Source: Carcharhinus amblyrhynchos
Lineage: Eukaryota
Direction of reading: 5' to 3'
NCBI GenBank assembly: GCA_965287045.1
Contig: OZ336878.1
Span: 105,772,001-105,836,000 of the forward strand
DNA length: 64,000 nt
A model generated the notes under the pieces. The model was not told the DNA's origin. It saw only the letters and a list, made by a program, of their open reading frames with translations, and did not search any database. Position 1 is the first letter of the stretch. Each line of letters begins with the position of its first letter. The translations under genes and the position numbers were made by a program. Below are positions 40,544-53,429 of this stretch, one piece after another.

Positions 40544-40830
40544 CATCATAGAATCATAGAATCATGAAGTGCAGAAAGAGGCTGTTTGGCCCAATGTGCC
40601 TCTTCCGCTCACAATCCGACCAGCCTCTATCGGCGTCGTTCCACGTATTAACCCTGCTAATCCCCCGACACGATGTTGAAATGTAGCGTAGCTATACGAC
40701 ATAGCGCTCCGGACCACCCACAGGAAACCCACACAGACCTGGAGAAAATGTGCAACTCCGCAGTGACTTCAGTCAAATCCGGGAGCGGAACCCGTGTCCC
40801 GGGCGCTGTGAGGCAACAATGTGTCACTGT
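40544..40830 (-). mobile_element. HE1-type tRNA SINE
   Basis: (CATAGAAT)2 tail, ggaaacccacacagac body, gaacccgtgtcccgggcgctgtgaggca head. Confidence 0.85.
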
Positions 40831-41139
40831 CAGTTTCAGCTGTGAAGTTATACATCCTGCAGTGATTAATTCGACATTTTATCGTTTATTTCTCCTCCTT
40901 TGTTTCGCCCTTCAAAGGACGTGGTGTCCTGCCTTACATTTCTTTATATACTTTGACGTAAAATGTCGCAAGGGTTTCCCGCTTGAAGCATTTCCCTAAA
41001 TGGTCTTTCTTTGTGGTGTTTTGTCGTAATTTGCTTAAGAATCAATTGCTTAATTATAACAAAACGTTGACATTGTGCACGAATGAAACGTCATTAACGT
41101 TTGAAATATAACATCATGTAGCAATCTCACATCCATTAC

Positions 41140-41166
41140 CTGCATCTTTCAAACGCAACAGTTGTT
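41140..41166 (-). CDS. Microexon 8 (27 nt), EQLLRLKDA
   Basis: cttttcctggaag|AACAACTGTTGCGTTTGAAAGATGCAG|gtaatg. Confidence 0.83.
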
Positions 41167-41739
41167 CTTCCAGGAAAAGAAAAATCGGTCGAGTTAGTAA
41201 AGATAAATCACGTATTTCATTTACAAATAGCCTGCATATCCCTTTGTCATTTAAATACGTTTGAACGTTGTTTTCAATGTAATGTTGAATCCGATGTGCA
41301 ATGTCAACTTTTCATTTTTCAGATGAATATGTTGTTATTTATTTCCCTATTTCATCTAATATCTTGGAATCTAATCTTGGAAGCTCTGTTGAGTACTGTC
41401 ATTTTTAATTCAATGGTCAAGTAATAACACATTGGCTGCATGCATTTCCACCTAATTCAAGTTCATTTTTTGACAGCAGCGGCTAACTTAGATTTCATAT
41501 CAGCTGTTGTTTTATGCGGTGCCTGATCATTACGCCCATATGCAACTAATTACATATTTGCATTTTCTCATCTTACTTTTAGCATTTAAAAAAATGAAAA
41601 TATACTAAGGATATCAAATTAATCCTGAACAAATTAAACCAGGATATTTTAGCTGACGGTGTCGAAAAATAGAAAAAAAATATATAATGCTGGGTTGTTT
41701 TATTTTGATATTTTCTTGAAGTGGCATTCAGATGCTTAC

Positions 41740-41775
41740 CAAGGTCTTTCCTAATGGCTTGTAACGTATCCTGTT
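41740..41775 (-). CDS. Microexon 7 (36 nt), EQDTLQAIRKDL
   Basis: gtcattttag|AACAGGATACGTTACAAGCCATTAGGAAAGACCTTG|gtaagc; shares LQxIRKD with exon 598-633. Confidence 0.9.
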
Positions 41776-42865
41776 CTAAAATGACCACAAATGTCTAATT
41801 ATTTTAGCAGAAGTACGAGCTTTAATTCCTTGCTGTTTTAGCAGAAGTCAAATGTGTATCGTTCGTACGGTTAAAAACATTGTTAGAGAGCTATCAGTTA
41901 CTTTTGATTTCGCTCTTCTATTAGAAAAGCGTAGTAAGAACAACTTAGGTTGCCTCGGTTGCTTAATGCTTTATAATTGTGAGTTTTGCTTATTGCCATG
42001 CAGAACAATGAACACCGTTAGGGTAGATGCAGTTTGCTTTAATCGCAGTCTGTGATGATTACGATAACAGATGGGTTACACAGGTTCAAGGAAAATGGGT
42101 GGTGGGGGAAATATTCATTGCCTGGATATTCACTTAGCAAAAAATGTAAGAACTGTCATTAATGATTATAACTATTGATGATAAATAGATTACAACGTCT
42201 AAAAACATGACTGACCTTGAAAATAAATCAGGTTGGGACGTGCATAGCGGGGCAATTTTCAAAATATTTGTAAAACTATTATACTGGCAATAAAAAAGAG
42301 TGGAGAGATTTTGGAAACAATTATACTGTCCACGTGCATGCCTTCCTTTCTATTTACGCAGAAATATTTTCACATTGTATTATTAAGCTGCGAAAATAAA
42401 TGTAAAAATGGTGCATTCAGGGCAAGCAAACTTGAGAGAATAAATCACCACGTTATAGATTTGCTTGATGCATCAGTGTAATTCTGATGATGATGACAAT
42501 ATTTCGCTTTCCGTGCCTCACCTTAAGCTGCGTATGTGAAACTTGGGAAGTGTAATGCAGGTTATAATCTGCGGTTTTCTTATTTAAGTCCTCGTGCAAT
42601 TCAGGACTTATCTATATCTGTGCTCCATGTCCATGTGAATATCGCAGTACCAACTCAATCAATTCGTAATCATACGTATGAAAATATCAAACTATTACTG
42701 CATTTGGGAAAAAAAACTGCTCAGGGAATCTGTGGAGGCCTGGCCTCATGAGAGCTAATGTGGAGACAATATAATCGGTCCCATTTGTGATGTATTCGTA
42801 AATATCATGGTACTTTTGCATACGTTCACCTTATGATTTTGGCTAACACCGAATTAACAATTTAC

Positions 42866-42892
42866 CTGCTTTCAATTTATGTATCTTCTCTT
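42866..42892 (-). CDS. Microexon 6 (27 nt), EEKIHKLKA
   Basis: gaacttgcag|AAGAGAAGATACATAAATTGAAAGCAG|gtaaat. Confidence 0.85.
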
Positions 42893-43433
42893 CTGCAAGT
42901 TCAGAATAGCGAAATCAAATAGCCTGGAAAAAAATAATAACGCAATTGCGTATCGGCCGCTTTGTTCCACGCCCGAATTTCAGACATGTATGTACCCCTT
43001 CTGCTCGTCCGGTCACAGGCACATCCATCTACCAAGAAGTCCTTTCTCACAATAGCACGCACCCCTCGCCCCATTACTTTCAAAAGTAGCAGCTCAACAG
43101 TTTTTTTTTTAAATGCACCATGTACAATACCAAACAGAAGACTGACTACTTAGCTGCAATGCAAAATTGGATTTTAATTGGTTATCGAACCATTATTGTG
43201 CATAATTTTGTCTCTAATTTCAATTTAAATATTCATGATTCAATTGTCAAAATTATGGAATGATTATACACGGAAAATGCACTGCCCTAAAAAAAAAGTG
43301 CAACTCTGGTACTGCGTGCGGTCTGTCCCGTGGTGAATTTTGCAGTCCACGCACCCGATCGTAAATACAAACATGCTGCAAAATATACCATACTACATAT
43401 CTTGTGTTTGTTTTTTTTTTATCCATTGCTTAC

Positions 43434-43460
43434 CGTCAGTTTCCAAGTGAGTTTTCATTT
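43434..43460 (-). CDS. Microexon 5 (27 nt), EMKTHLETD
   Basis: atgaattcag|AAATGAAAACTCACTTGGAAACTGACG|gtaagc. Confidence 0.85.
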
Positions 43461-43637
43461 CTGAATTCATAAGAATAATCAATTAGAATCAATATTATTG
43501 AGAAATACCATTCTTTTCTGTGCAAACTCAAGGCAAAACTCGGCAGAAATCGTACCAAAGAGCAACCAGTGTAATCAATCTATGTAATCAAGCGAATCAA
43601 ACTGGTACATGTTCATTGAGTAAATATATCCTCTTAC

Positions 43638-43664
43638 CTACGTCCCTGCGCCTCAGTTCGTCCT
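43638..43664 (-). CDS. Microexon 4 (27 nt), EDELRRRDV
   Basis: tttttatcaacag|AGGACGAACTGAGGCGCAGGGACGTAG|gtaaga. Confidence 0.88.
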
Positions 43665-44099
43665 CTGTTGATAAAAACAAAGAGTTTCATCCAAATCCAA
43701 CTTTAAGCAGTAAATATAATTCCCCACCATCCTGTGGCGTCTCTGAATCCAATAAAGCAAACACGCTTTTGCATTTACCCATCTGTCTATTTCCAAATGC
43801 AGATCAAGTATCCCGGCCTCCGCCGCAATTCTAATAATGGGCCAAATGCTATGATCACCAGTAATGACTCCTTCCTTGACGTTGATTGCAGACATTATTG
43901 TGTACCTTCGGATGGGATTCAGATCTGTCCGGGAGTGGGCAGCTTTGAAGCAAACATTCGATGAGAAGATTGTTAAAGCGGATCAATGACGAGGACACGC
44001 AGCAGTTTTGACATTCCCTGACGTGTGCCAGGAAATTTGAAACGTTTGCAAGCCTTTTCAGGGGGATTATTGCTGAGCAATATGATGAACACCTGTGCA

Positions 44100-46310
44100 A
44101 TATGTTGAGTGAGGATTTAAATGACGAGTGTTGAATGTGAATTAATTAGAGGCTAAGTAGCTGGGTCAGTGATTGTGGTTGCATGACTGATGTGTTAAGT
44201 CATTGAGCGGGAACTGTGTTGGTGTGTCAGTAAATGAGTGGAATGGAGAAGCAGCGGCTAAAATGTTTAAAATAGCACAGTTGGCGTGATTAATTGGGTC
44301 AGGTCTGTACATCGTTAGTACATCAGTGGTAGATGACTGATGAAACTTGAGTAAAGATTATTCATTTTCTGTCAGGGTTACCAGTGATAATGTCAGAGAT
44401 ATCTGTTACCGATCTGTCTTAAAGTTTCGGATTGTTGCCTAGAGGCTTGACTGATCAGTTGGGACTGGCTGCTCAGATTGAGGTAGTAGATAAAGTAGGA
44501 GAAGTTTAGTTGGTTGCAGTTATTCAGTTTTGGGCTGGGTAGTACATTCGGTTGTAAGCTTGAAAATGTGGGTTCCGTATGTTGGGGGGAGGGGGGTCAT
44601 CACGATGCAATTACCGCATTGGTACTACATCACAGTGTAAACAGAACCGTGTTTCCGCATTAAGAATACGCAACACTGATCTTGAGGAAGATTTCAACTC
44701 TGCCATTCATGAATGTGAGGGACTTTCGGAGGATAAGTGTAACAGCTCAATCTGCCGGTCTGATGCCTTAAATCCGCAGGTTGTTGCATCGGACCTGCGC
44801 AAATCAGGGCATGTCCGAACACGAATCAGCTGCTTAGTGGAGAGGAATTTTTTCTTCAATAAAGTGGACATTTTTCGTCCACCCAGTTCGATTTACGATC
44901 TTCTACCGACTAAAACATTTGTTCATGTTTCACAGCCTATTTGTCTCATGCTTTAATGACACATTCTTACAAAATGTAATTTACTAAAAAAAAACGGCCT
45001 GTACCTCGCCAATGCGATCGATACGTCATCAATTCGAATGGTTACGCCAATATGTGTTGTCATTATGAGCCTCCGAACAAGTCATCTCAAATTGGTCAGA
45101 TGTTTATCATTCCTGACACAGTACATCCCATAGAACTTTTCGAGAGATCCTCGTCTCCGGTAATGTTCTACTTAATCTGCTTAAGTTTGCAGATCCCGGA
45201 CATTGTCAGAAATGATGCATATCATGTCCAACGACGAATAACATATTTGGTTTTATTTTGTTATGCCATCATTACTGATTATAAAACTCGAATCCATTCC
45301 TAATCGATACGAGGCAAATCTCAATGCACCATTCTAGGATCGTTCTAATAGGCTACAGAATTTCCACTGATGTGCAATTTTATCTCCAAGTTGCACCAAC
45401 CACAATGTTTGGGAAATCACTGAGCTATTCATGGGAGTGAAAAACATACCGGAACAAATTGCAAACTAAAGTTGAGCGATATTTCAAGACTTCAGACCTT
45501 AATATTAAAACCGACTTGCAATAGTAATGGCAAAGAAGATGACGTGCCTGTGCAGCTTGTGTCAAACAGTGGATGGCAATTTAATACGCAATAATTATGT
45601 CAGCGAGAAATCTGAGCAACGCGTGAAACGTCGACTGACAAACGCTGAGCGGGAGTTGGACGTGAGTCAGTTTCGCAACATGGAGTCACAAATATGAGAT
45701 TCGTTGTTCCAGGATATAACCGCATCCTCTATGAATAGTTAATAAGATTTTACCCATCCTAAAGTACTAGATGTGCGTGGATTACTAATCATGATAAAAC
45801 AATAGGTATCAGAAAGCAAATCGTGTGTTCATCTGGTTAACAGGGTTGGCGGATGGTCAAAGTGCACTTCCGGTAAGACAAAGTTGATTAATTGAGTTGT
45901 TGTTCTCCTCATCGTGGCGTTACTGCTTGGCAGTTAGGTAGTCGACTAGGTAGTCAACATTGTTGTCAGTGATCTAACGTGAAGAGATAATAAGCGTCTC
46001 TGCAATGTTAGCCACTTTTGGGAGACTGTCTCACAATTACAGGAGGTCGGGACAGGTTGGGAGATAATCTGTAGATTTGGGTGCAGTAGGAAGACAGTTG
46101 AGAATGCTGTCAGAGTGTGGGGACCGCTCATGGCGCTTGGGGGGCAGTGTCCATTAAGTGGTTCATTTGTGTTTGGAATTTTGTCAACTGGGGAGTCATC
46201 TCAGTACCGGTAAGCAAGGGAGTAGGCTTTACTTACAGCACCATCTATGCTAGGTGTGTGTCGAGTGTGTAGGGGATTTTCACGGGATAACAGTATAGCT
46301 AGAATGTCTT
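44100..46310 (-). mobile_element. Very degenerate LTR-retroelement integrase-region relic(s)
   Basis: C/A-rich minus-strand blocks at 44100-44580 and 45830-46310. LHTRHTPSIDGAVSKAYSLAYRY* resembles the integrase HHCC region. NWVD...FVFGH near 44800-44900. Confidence 0.3.
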
Positions 46311-46670
46311 TTCTGGAAAAGAAGGCTGTTTGCTGGAGCAGAGAGAGAGATAAGATTTTTACCTGTTAAAAACCTGTTTAAATAAGTTTAAAGCACTTTG
46401 TTCTTTGTAGACCTGTTTAAAGCATTTATTTTATTGTATTTACTGCTTTAAGAATTCTGAGGGAGCGGTTAGTAGGAGTTGTGGGCCAGCCAGCTTTAAA
46501 TCAGCGCCAGGTTTAAAAGGAGGCCTGGTGTAGATAGCGGGCAGCGTCGGAGCGGGCAGTGGAGTGAGAGGGAAGCAGAGTGAGCAATTAGGGCTTAATA
46601 TCAAAAGGGCTTGGGAGAAAAAGGGCCAGGTGAGTTCATGTGGAAATTTTCAAAATTACTGCAGTGAATA

Positions 46671-47598
46671 ATGGAGGGGCATGTGATGTGTGGTTTCTGT
46701 ATGATATGGGAACTGGTGGACCCCAGGGTCCTCCCCAGTGACCATGTCTGCAGTAAGTGCAGGTTGCTGGAGGAGCTCCAGCTCAAGGTAGATGAGCTGG
46801 CCTCTGAGCTACAGACGCTGAGGCTCATCAGGGGGAGAAAGGGTGCCATTGTCAATGGGGTGCAAGTAACATCCACCCCCGCTAGACTGGCTAACTCTTA
46901 GGGTCAGGAACAAGAGGGGGCTGCTGAGAGGAGGAAGGAGGGTGGGGAGAGGAGGCCTCAGCCTCTCAAGCTGCATAATAGGTTTGAGGTTCTTGCTTCC
47001 AGTCTGAACGAGAACGAGGGAGGTGAGGTCGGTGAGCAGACTGCACACGGTACAGTGATGCAGCAGGCCATAGGCAAAGAGAAGGGGAAAAGGAACGTTG
47101 TTGTAATTGGGGATAGTGGGGTGAAGGGTATTGACACTGTCCTTTGTCACAATGACAAAGTGCACAGAAGGGTGTGTTGTCTGCTTGGTGCTCGGGACAA
47201 GGTTGTCACATCTGGGCTGCAGAGGAACCTGGAGTGGGAGGGTGATAATCCGGTCGTAGTTGTTCATGTGGGTGCCGACGACGTAGGCAAAATGCAAACT
47301 GAGGATCTGGAGAGGGAGTATGAAAAGCTGGGAATGGAATTAAAAGTTAGAACCGACAAGGTGGTCATCTCTGGGCGACTTCCTGAACCGAGTGCAGACG
47401 GGCGTAGGATAGGATTCAGGAAGTGAATGGGTGGCTCAGGGATTGGTGTGGGAGGAATGGATTTGAATTTACGGGGCATTGGCATCAGTATTGGGGTAGG
47501 TGGGACCTGGTCAGGTGGGATGGGGTTGGTCTGAACCGTGCTGGGATCAGAGTGCTGGCTAATCGTGTAAAGAGGACTGTAGACAGGGCTTTAAACTA
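46671..47598 (+). pseudogene. CR1 ORF1 (CxxC...CxxC zinc finger/leucine zipper plus SGNH-type esterase), frameshifted
   Basis: CGFC...HVCSKCRLLEELQLKVDEL (46671-46901) and VVVIGDS...VCCLLGA...VVHVGADD (47055-47426). Confidence 0.88.
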
Positions 47599-47763
47599 AT
47601 TGGGGGGGGGGGGGGTGTGAGGGTAGGTGACATTACGGGGTCTAAAGTAAAGGAGACGGTACAGGTAAGGATAGAGGCCAAGGATGTCCCAATAATAGAG
47701 GGAGTGAGGGGCGTAAGTATGATTGGTGGCGTTCTGGCAAATAAGGTCCAGGTGAAGGCTGGG

Positions 47764-50587
47764 ATGAAGGTGCTTTATCTGAATGCGCGAAGCATTCGGA
47801 ATAAAGTGGATGAGTTGGTGGCGCAGATCGACACAAATGGATATGATCTGGTGGCCATTACAGAGACGTGGCTGCAAGGTGACAGGAACTGGGAACTGAA
47901 TGTCCAGGGGTATCAAGTGTTTAGGAAGGATAGGCAGGAGGGAAAAGAGGGGGGGGGGGGGCATTGCTCTGCTGATTAAGGATAGCATCGGGGTGGTAGC
48001 GAGGGATGATATTGGAGCCAAGGAGCAGAAGGTGGAATCGTTGTGGGTAGAGATTAGGAACAGCAAAGGGAGGAAGACGCTGGTGGGTGTCGTCTATAGG
48101 CCCCCCAATAATGATCTGGAGGTGGGGCGGGCTGTTAACGCGCAAATAAGTGCGGCGTGCAGGAATCGGACGGCCGTAGTTATGGGGGATTTCAATCTGC
48201 ATATTGATTGGTCGACCCATGTTGGACGCGGTGGGCTCGAGGAGGAGTTCTTGGAATGCTGCAGGGATAGTTTCCTCGAACAGTGTGTGTTGGAGCCGAC
48301 GAGGGAGCGAGCTATCTTGGATCTGGTACTATGTAATGAGGCGGGTAGAATTAGGGAACTTGCGGTGAAGGATCCTCTTGGGGAGAGTGATCATTGTATG
48401 GTGGAGTTTCTGGTGCAGATGGAGGAGGAGAAAGTGGGTTCCCGGACACGCGTCCTTTGTTTGAACAGAGGGGAGTACGGTAGGATGAGAGAAGAATTGG
48501 CGAATGTGGACTGGGGGAGCGCGTTGGAAGGTAGGTCTGCCGAGGAGCAGTGGAGGATCTTTAAGGAGATCTTTCTTGGTGCTCAGCGGAAATTTATTCC
48601 GATGGTCAAAAAGGACTGTAGGAGGAGAGGTAATAAGCCGTGGATAACGAAGGAGGTGAAGGAAAGTGTTAAATTAAAAGCGGAGGCGTTTAGAGTAGCT
48701 AAGAGTAGTGGGCGAGAAGAGGATTGGGAGAGGGTTAAATGTCAACAAAGATTGACAAAGAAGTTGATAAAGGAGGGTAGGAGAAACTATGAAGCTGGGC
48801 TCGCGCTTAATATAAAAAAGGATAGCAAGAGTTTTTATAAATATATAAAAAGGAAGAGGCTGGCTAGGGTGAACGTTGGTCCCTTAGAGGATGAGAAGGG
48901 GGACTTAGTAGTAGGGGATGGGGATATGGCGGAGATCTTGAATATCTTTTTTGTTTCGGTCTTCACGGAGGAGGACGTGAATAATTTGCCGGATGTTAGA
49001 GATGGAAAGGTGGTAGGACCGGAGGGTCTCGATGACTTTACTGTTACTAGAGAGGTGGTGCTTGACAGACTGGAGGGGCTGATTGTGGACAAGTCCCCAC
49101 GACCGGATGGAATGCATCCGAGGGTCCTGAAAGAAATGGCGGAGGTGATAGTGGATGCCTTGGTGGTTATTTTCCAGACGTCGCTGGATTCCGGGAAAGT
49201 GTCGGAAGGTTGTAAAGCGGCTAATGTTACGCCGTTGTTTAAGAAGGGTGCCAGGCAAAAGGCGGGGAATTATAGGCCTGTTAGTTCAACGTCTGTTGTA
49301 GGTAAAATGTTAGAATCCGTCATCAAGGAGGAAATAGCCAGGCATCTTGAGGGGAACTGCTTGATAGAGCAGACGCAGCACGGTTTCGTTAAAGGGAAGT
49401 CGTGTCTGACAAATTTACTGGAGTTCTATGAGGATGTGTCTAGGGCGGTGGATAGAAGAGAGCCGGTGGATGTGGTTTTTCTGGATTTTCAGAAGGCGTT
49501 TGACAAGGTACCTCACAAGAGGTTATTACAGAAGGTAAGGGGGCATGGAGTTGGGGGTAGGGTGTTAGCGTGGATAGAGGACTGGTTGTCAAATAGGAGG
49601 CAGAGAGTGGGGGTCAATGGGTGCTATTCGGATTGGCGGTTGGTGACTAGTGGGGTGCCCCAGGGGTCGGTGCTGGGGCCTCAGCTATTTACCATTTATA
49701 TAGATGATCTGGAGGAGGGAACCGAGTGTAGGGTGTCGAAATTTGCTGATGACACCAAGATTGGTGGAAAGGCAAATTGTGCGGAGGGTGGGGAGAGTCT
49801 ACAGAAGGATCCAGATAGGCTGGGCGAATGGGCCAGGAAATGGCAAATGGAATTTAATGTTGGCAAGTGCGAGGTGGTCCACTTTGGTAGGAATAATGGT
49901 AGGAAGGATTTTTACTTACGTGGAGAAAAACTGCAGCAGGCGACGGTGCAGAGGGACCTCGGGGTCCTTGTGCATGAGTCGCAAAAACCCAGCTTGCAGG
50001 TGCAGCAGGTGGTCAGGAAGGCGAATGGAATGCTGGCCTTCATCGCGAGGGGGATTGAATATAAAAGTAGGGAGGTCTTGCTGCAGCTGTATAGGGCATT
50101 GGTGAGGCCGCAGCTGGAGTACTGTGTGCAGTTTTGGGCGCCGTACTTACGCAAGGATATTTTAGCCTTGGAGGGAGTGCAGAGGAGGTTTACTAGGCTG
50201 ATGCCGGAGTTGAGGCTGTTGAGCTATGATGAGAGGCTGAATAGATTAGGCTTGTACTCGTTAGAGTTTAGAAGAATGAGGGGAGATCTCATTGAGACGT
50301 ATAAGATGATGAATGGGATGGATACAATAGAGGTGGAGAGACTCTTCCCGCTCAGAAAGGATAGTAGGACTAGGGGGCATAGCCTCAAGATAAAGGGGGT
50401 GGGGGGGCGGTTTAGAACAGAATTGAGGAGGAACTTCTTCACTCAAAGCGTGGTGAATGTCTGGAATTCTCTGCCCGTTGAAGTGCTGGAGGCTGCCTCG
50501 CTAAATATTTTTAAGACGCGAGTTGATGGGTTTTTGATGAGAGAGGGGATTAAGGGTTATGGGGAGAGGGCGGGAATGTGGAACTGA
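47764..50587 (+). CDS. CR1 ORF2: apurinic endonuclease plus reverse transcriptase (one frameshift in the G-run 47949-47961)
   Basis: YLNARS, AITETWL, GDFN, LDLV, SDH; FQKAFD, GVPQGSVLGP, KFADD; open to the TGA at 50587. Confidence 0.95.
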
Positions 50588-51184
50588 GCCACGACAGATC
50601 AGCCGTGATCTTATTGAATAGCGGGGCAGGCTCAAAGGGCTAGTTGGCCTACTCCTGCTCCTATTTCTTATGTTCTTATAGTATTTGAATATCGGAACTA
50701 TTTCTGATTTTAACCCTCAGGAAATTTCGTGCATGATTATTCTGCGAACAATGAGGGAAGCATTTGAATTCTCCGATACTAACAGTCGCATAAGTTTCCC
50801 ATGAGTTTCAAATCCCCAGGTAATTTGCGTTGACCACTACTCTCCGCCCCCATTTACTTCCTCATTAATCTTCTTGCAGAAATCTCGGCTTTCGACGAAT
50901 GCATCCGTTATGTTACACTGTCCCAGTTTTACAAGTTATTGGGCAATGGCAAACGATAATTGTTAAATGAAAACGGAATAAGAATACGTCAGAGAAATAA
51001 GCATCAGATAACCAAATGTGTTAGCGCAGAAGCAACAATACTAATACCAGGTTTCCCACAAAGTAATTTCCAGACGGTTTTGAACAGTGAAGGCTTAATT
51101 CAGTATTTCACTCAGCATTTACACCAATATTGTGCCAGGTAAGGATCAATTTCCCAAAAGAAATAACATAACTATGTTCCCTTG

Positions 51185-51445
51185 ACTAAAACAAAAAAAA
51201 GGAAAATCTCAGCAGATCCGGAAACATCGTTAAACGTAGAAAAGAGCTGTCGTATCTACTCCAGATGGCGCTTTATCGAAGCTTTGACAATCGGGAATCG
51301 AAATGTAAGGTTTCTTTTCTGCCCTTGCAGATGCTGTAGACATGCTTTCCTCCCAACCCCCCACCCCCCCCCCCCCCCCCCCCCACCCCCGCCCAGCATT
51401 TTCTCTTTCGGTTTCGGATTCCAACGTCCGCAGTTGTTTGTTGTA
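51185..51445. mobile_element. Degenerate Penelope-derived palindromic element
   Basis: Imperfect inverted halves ggaaaatctcagcagatcc...catc / gatgctgtagacatgct...cagcattttctc centred near 51280, with a C-run insertion. Confidence 0.6.
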
Positions 51446-52328
51446 ATCATATTCCTTTGGCATTTAGTTTTGTTACTGTTGCAGTATTACTCACTCACCC
51501 TATCCTCCGTTTTACCATCAAGCAGGATCATAACTGGAACAGCCATTCAATACAGTCGTTGGGAGGGTTTGAGCCCTGGGAATTTTGCGGAATGTAACGA
51601 GATGATGTTCTCCAAATCCCGCCCACTGTCTATAAAGCACAAGTAAAGATTGCATTGTAATGGTGCTTAATTATTTTGGCTAATGCAGCTCCAACAATCC
51701 TCAAGAAATTTGAAACCGCCCTTGGGCAAGGCAGTATTTATTTTATTTTCACACAACATCTATTCACTTCGACATGCAATCACTCCAACATGATGTTAAG
51801 TTCGTTGCAACCGTAAACAAGGTACATTGCAGCAACTCGGTAATAGACCTTTGGTAACACATTCCAAACCTTGGCATTTTTCCAATACAAATATAAGAGA
51901 AAGTGTGGAAACTGATTCCAAACATTGGCATTTTCACTTCCAAACGATGCATCTTCCTGGCATGAAAATCTTTCGCCATGCTTTCTGTGCCGTTGTGTCG
52001 GAACTCTTATATTCATTTCCGAACTGTTATGCATCTTAAATTCATCACATGGGCAGCAGAGATTCAAAAATTTGTTTCTCCACCATCGCCCGAAGAGCAT
52101 TCCTGGATGACTCATAAAACGTATGCCACAACCAACAACGCCGACGTACGTATGAAGACAAATAACCTCAACGTTCGTAGAACCATTTCAATTTTGCACT
52201 GTTAAATACTCAGCAAAGACAACCTTTATAATCTAATTAGATGATGTCGGATCTGAAACTATACTGTACTGTTGAAATTCAACGACATAACTGAGATGAT
52301 TTTTATGTTTTTGTTTTGTGTTCCATAC

Positions 52329-52364
52329 CTTTACTTTGCAGATCTCGTTTCACATTTTCTAGTT
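52329..52364 (-). CDS. Microexon 3 (36 nt), ELENVKRDLQSK
   Basis: aaatttcag|AACTAGAAAATGTGAAACGAGATCTGCAAAGTAAAG|gtatgg; 21/36 nt identical to exon 5683-5718. Confidence 0.88.
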
Positions 52365-52779
52365 CTGAAATTTAATTGAAAACATATGGCATACAACATT
52401 GACGTTTTATTGCAAAGCGGCAAGTATTTCAAATTAGTGTCGAATGATGTAAGTTTCAATAAATTAATCGCAGAATAAATATCTAAGAGTCTAGGTTGGA
52501 ACAGCAGTCTCAAAGTAACCTTCAATGAAGAGGTAAACATCGTTGGATTGATATATCATTCGTCTCTTTACATAGTTTAGACTGGAGATCCACATTTTAT
52601 ATGCATACTTTTGAATCAGGCGTCTCAGAAAAATTGAACGTATGTGATAATTGTGTAACTTCCCTGAAAGTTTAGAAACGTTAGGGAAAGTCAGCCTATA
52701 TACTCATATCGGTACCAATTTGCATAAATCAATAAGATTAATTAACTTTTTTGGCGAAACTCCACGTTTGTAAGTTTGT

Positions 52780-53230
52780 GTTAGAATGTTTGGTAAGTGG
52801 GTGAAAATCAAATGAGTTAGCTGGATAAATGTGTCGAGCATATTGGGGATTTTGGAGTGAAGTTGATTCTGTGGCCGATGGTGCGTTCATCGGGCTGTGG
52901 GTGTTGCACGAGAATTACGCTTTTCCGGAAGTGGTGATGTGGTGGGCGAGCATTGGTTGCTGTGGTTGAGTTTTATTTGGTCAATGAGAGATTCACGGGA
53001 AATGAGAGGGATCATATGTAAGTAGAAATATAAGTAAGTTCGGAGAATGGTACGGGTAGAATAATATGACGGTGTAAAAGGTCAGTTGTGGAAGGTAGAC
53101 AGATTTGTGTATCTGGGCGCTAGGTGTTTGTCGGGTATGATTGAGGTCCATGACATGGGGGATTTGGGTTTAATTAGGGTTTGTATGTGATAGTCAGACT
53201 TGGGTCTTGCCGGCTGTTGGTCGATGTTCG
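52780..53230 (-). mobile_element. Very degenerate LTR-retroelement RT-connection/RNase H relic
   Basis: TLIKPKSPMSWT...FHN*PF.PSYYSTR...TAR* resembles L.K...F.WT / PF / PVAYYS / ARW; C/A-rich strand. Confidence 0.4.
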
Positions 53231-53429
53231 AACAATTGCACCTTGCAGAATGAATTTATGACCCTTTTTTGACTTAGTATGCAACTAATGTTTAATTCAG
53301 TTTTCCACTGCGGGGTTTAATTATTCTTATATCATGGCAAATCACGGAAAAAAAAGGAGAACAACAACGTTGTTTCTTGAACAGAGTAGTGCAATTATCA
53401 ACGCAACAATGAATGGGAACGATTTCCGC

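Larger units (their letters stand above)
46325..50680 (+). mobile_element. Near full-length young CR1 LINE (5'UTR, ORF1, ORF2, 3' tail)
   Basis: ORF1 zinc-finger and esterase pieces, APE-RT ORF2, and 3' tail ggcctactcctgctcctatttcttatgttctta; the 5' boundary is approximate. Confidence 0.97.

Noticed and set aside
52780-53230. Strand-skewed block suspected to be a NUMT
   Set aside because: The translation does not resemble mitochondrial proteins and contains AGA codons; it fits a retroelement pol better.
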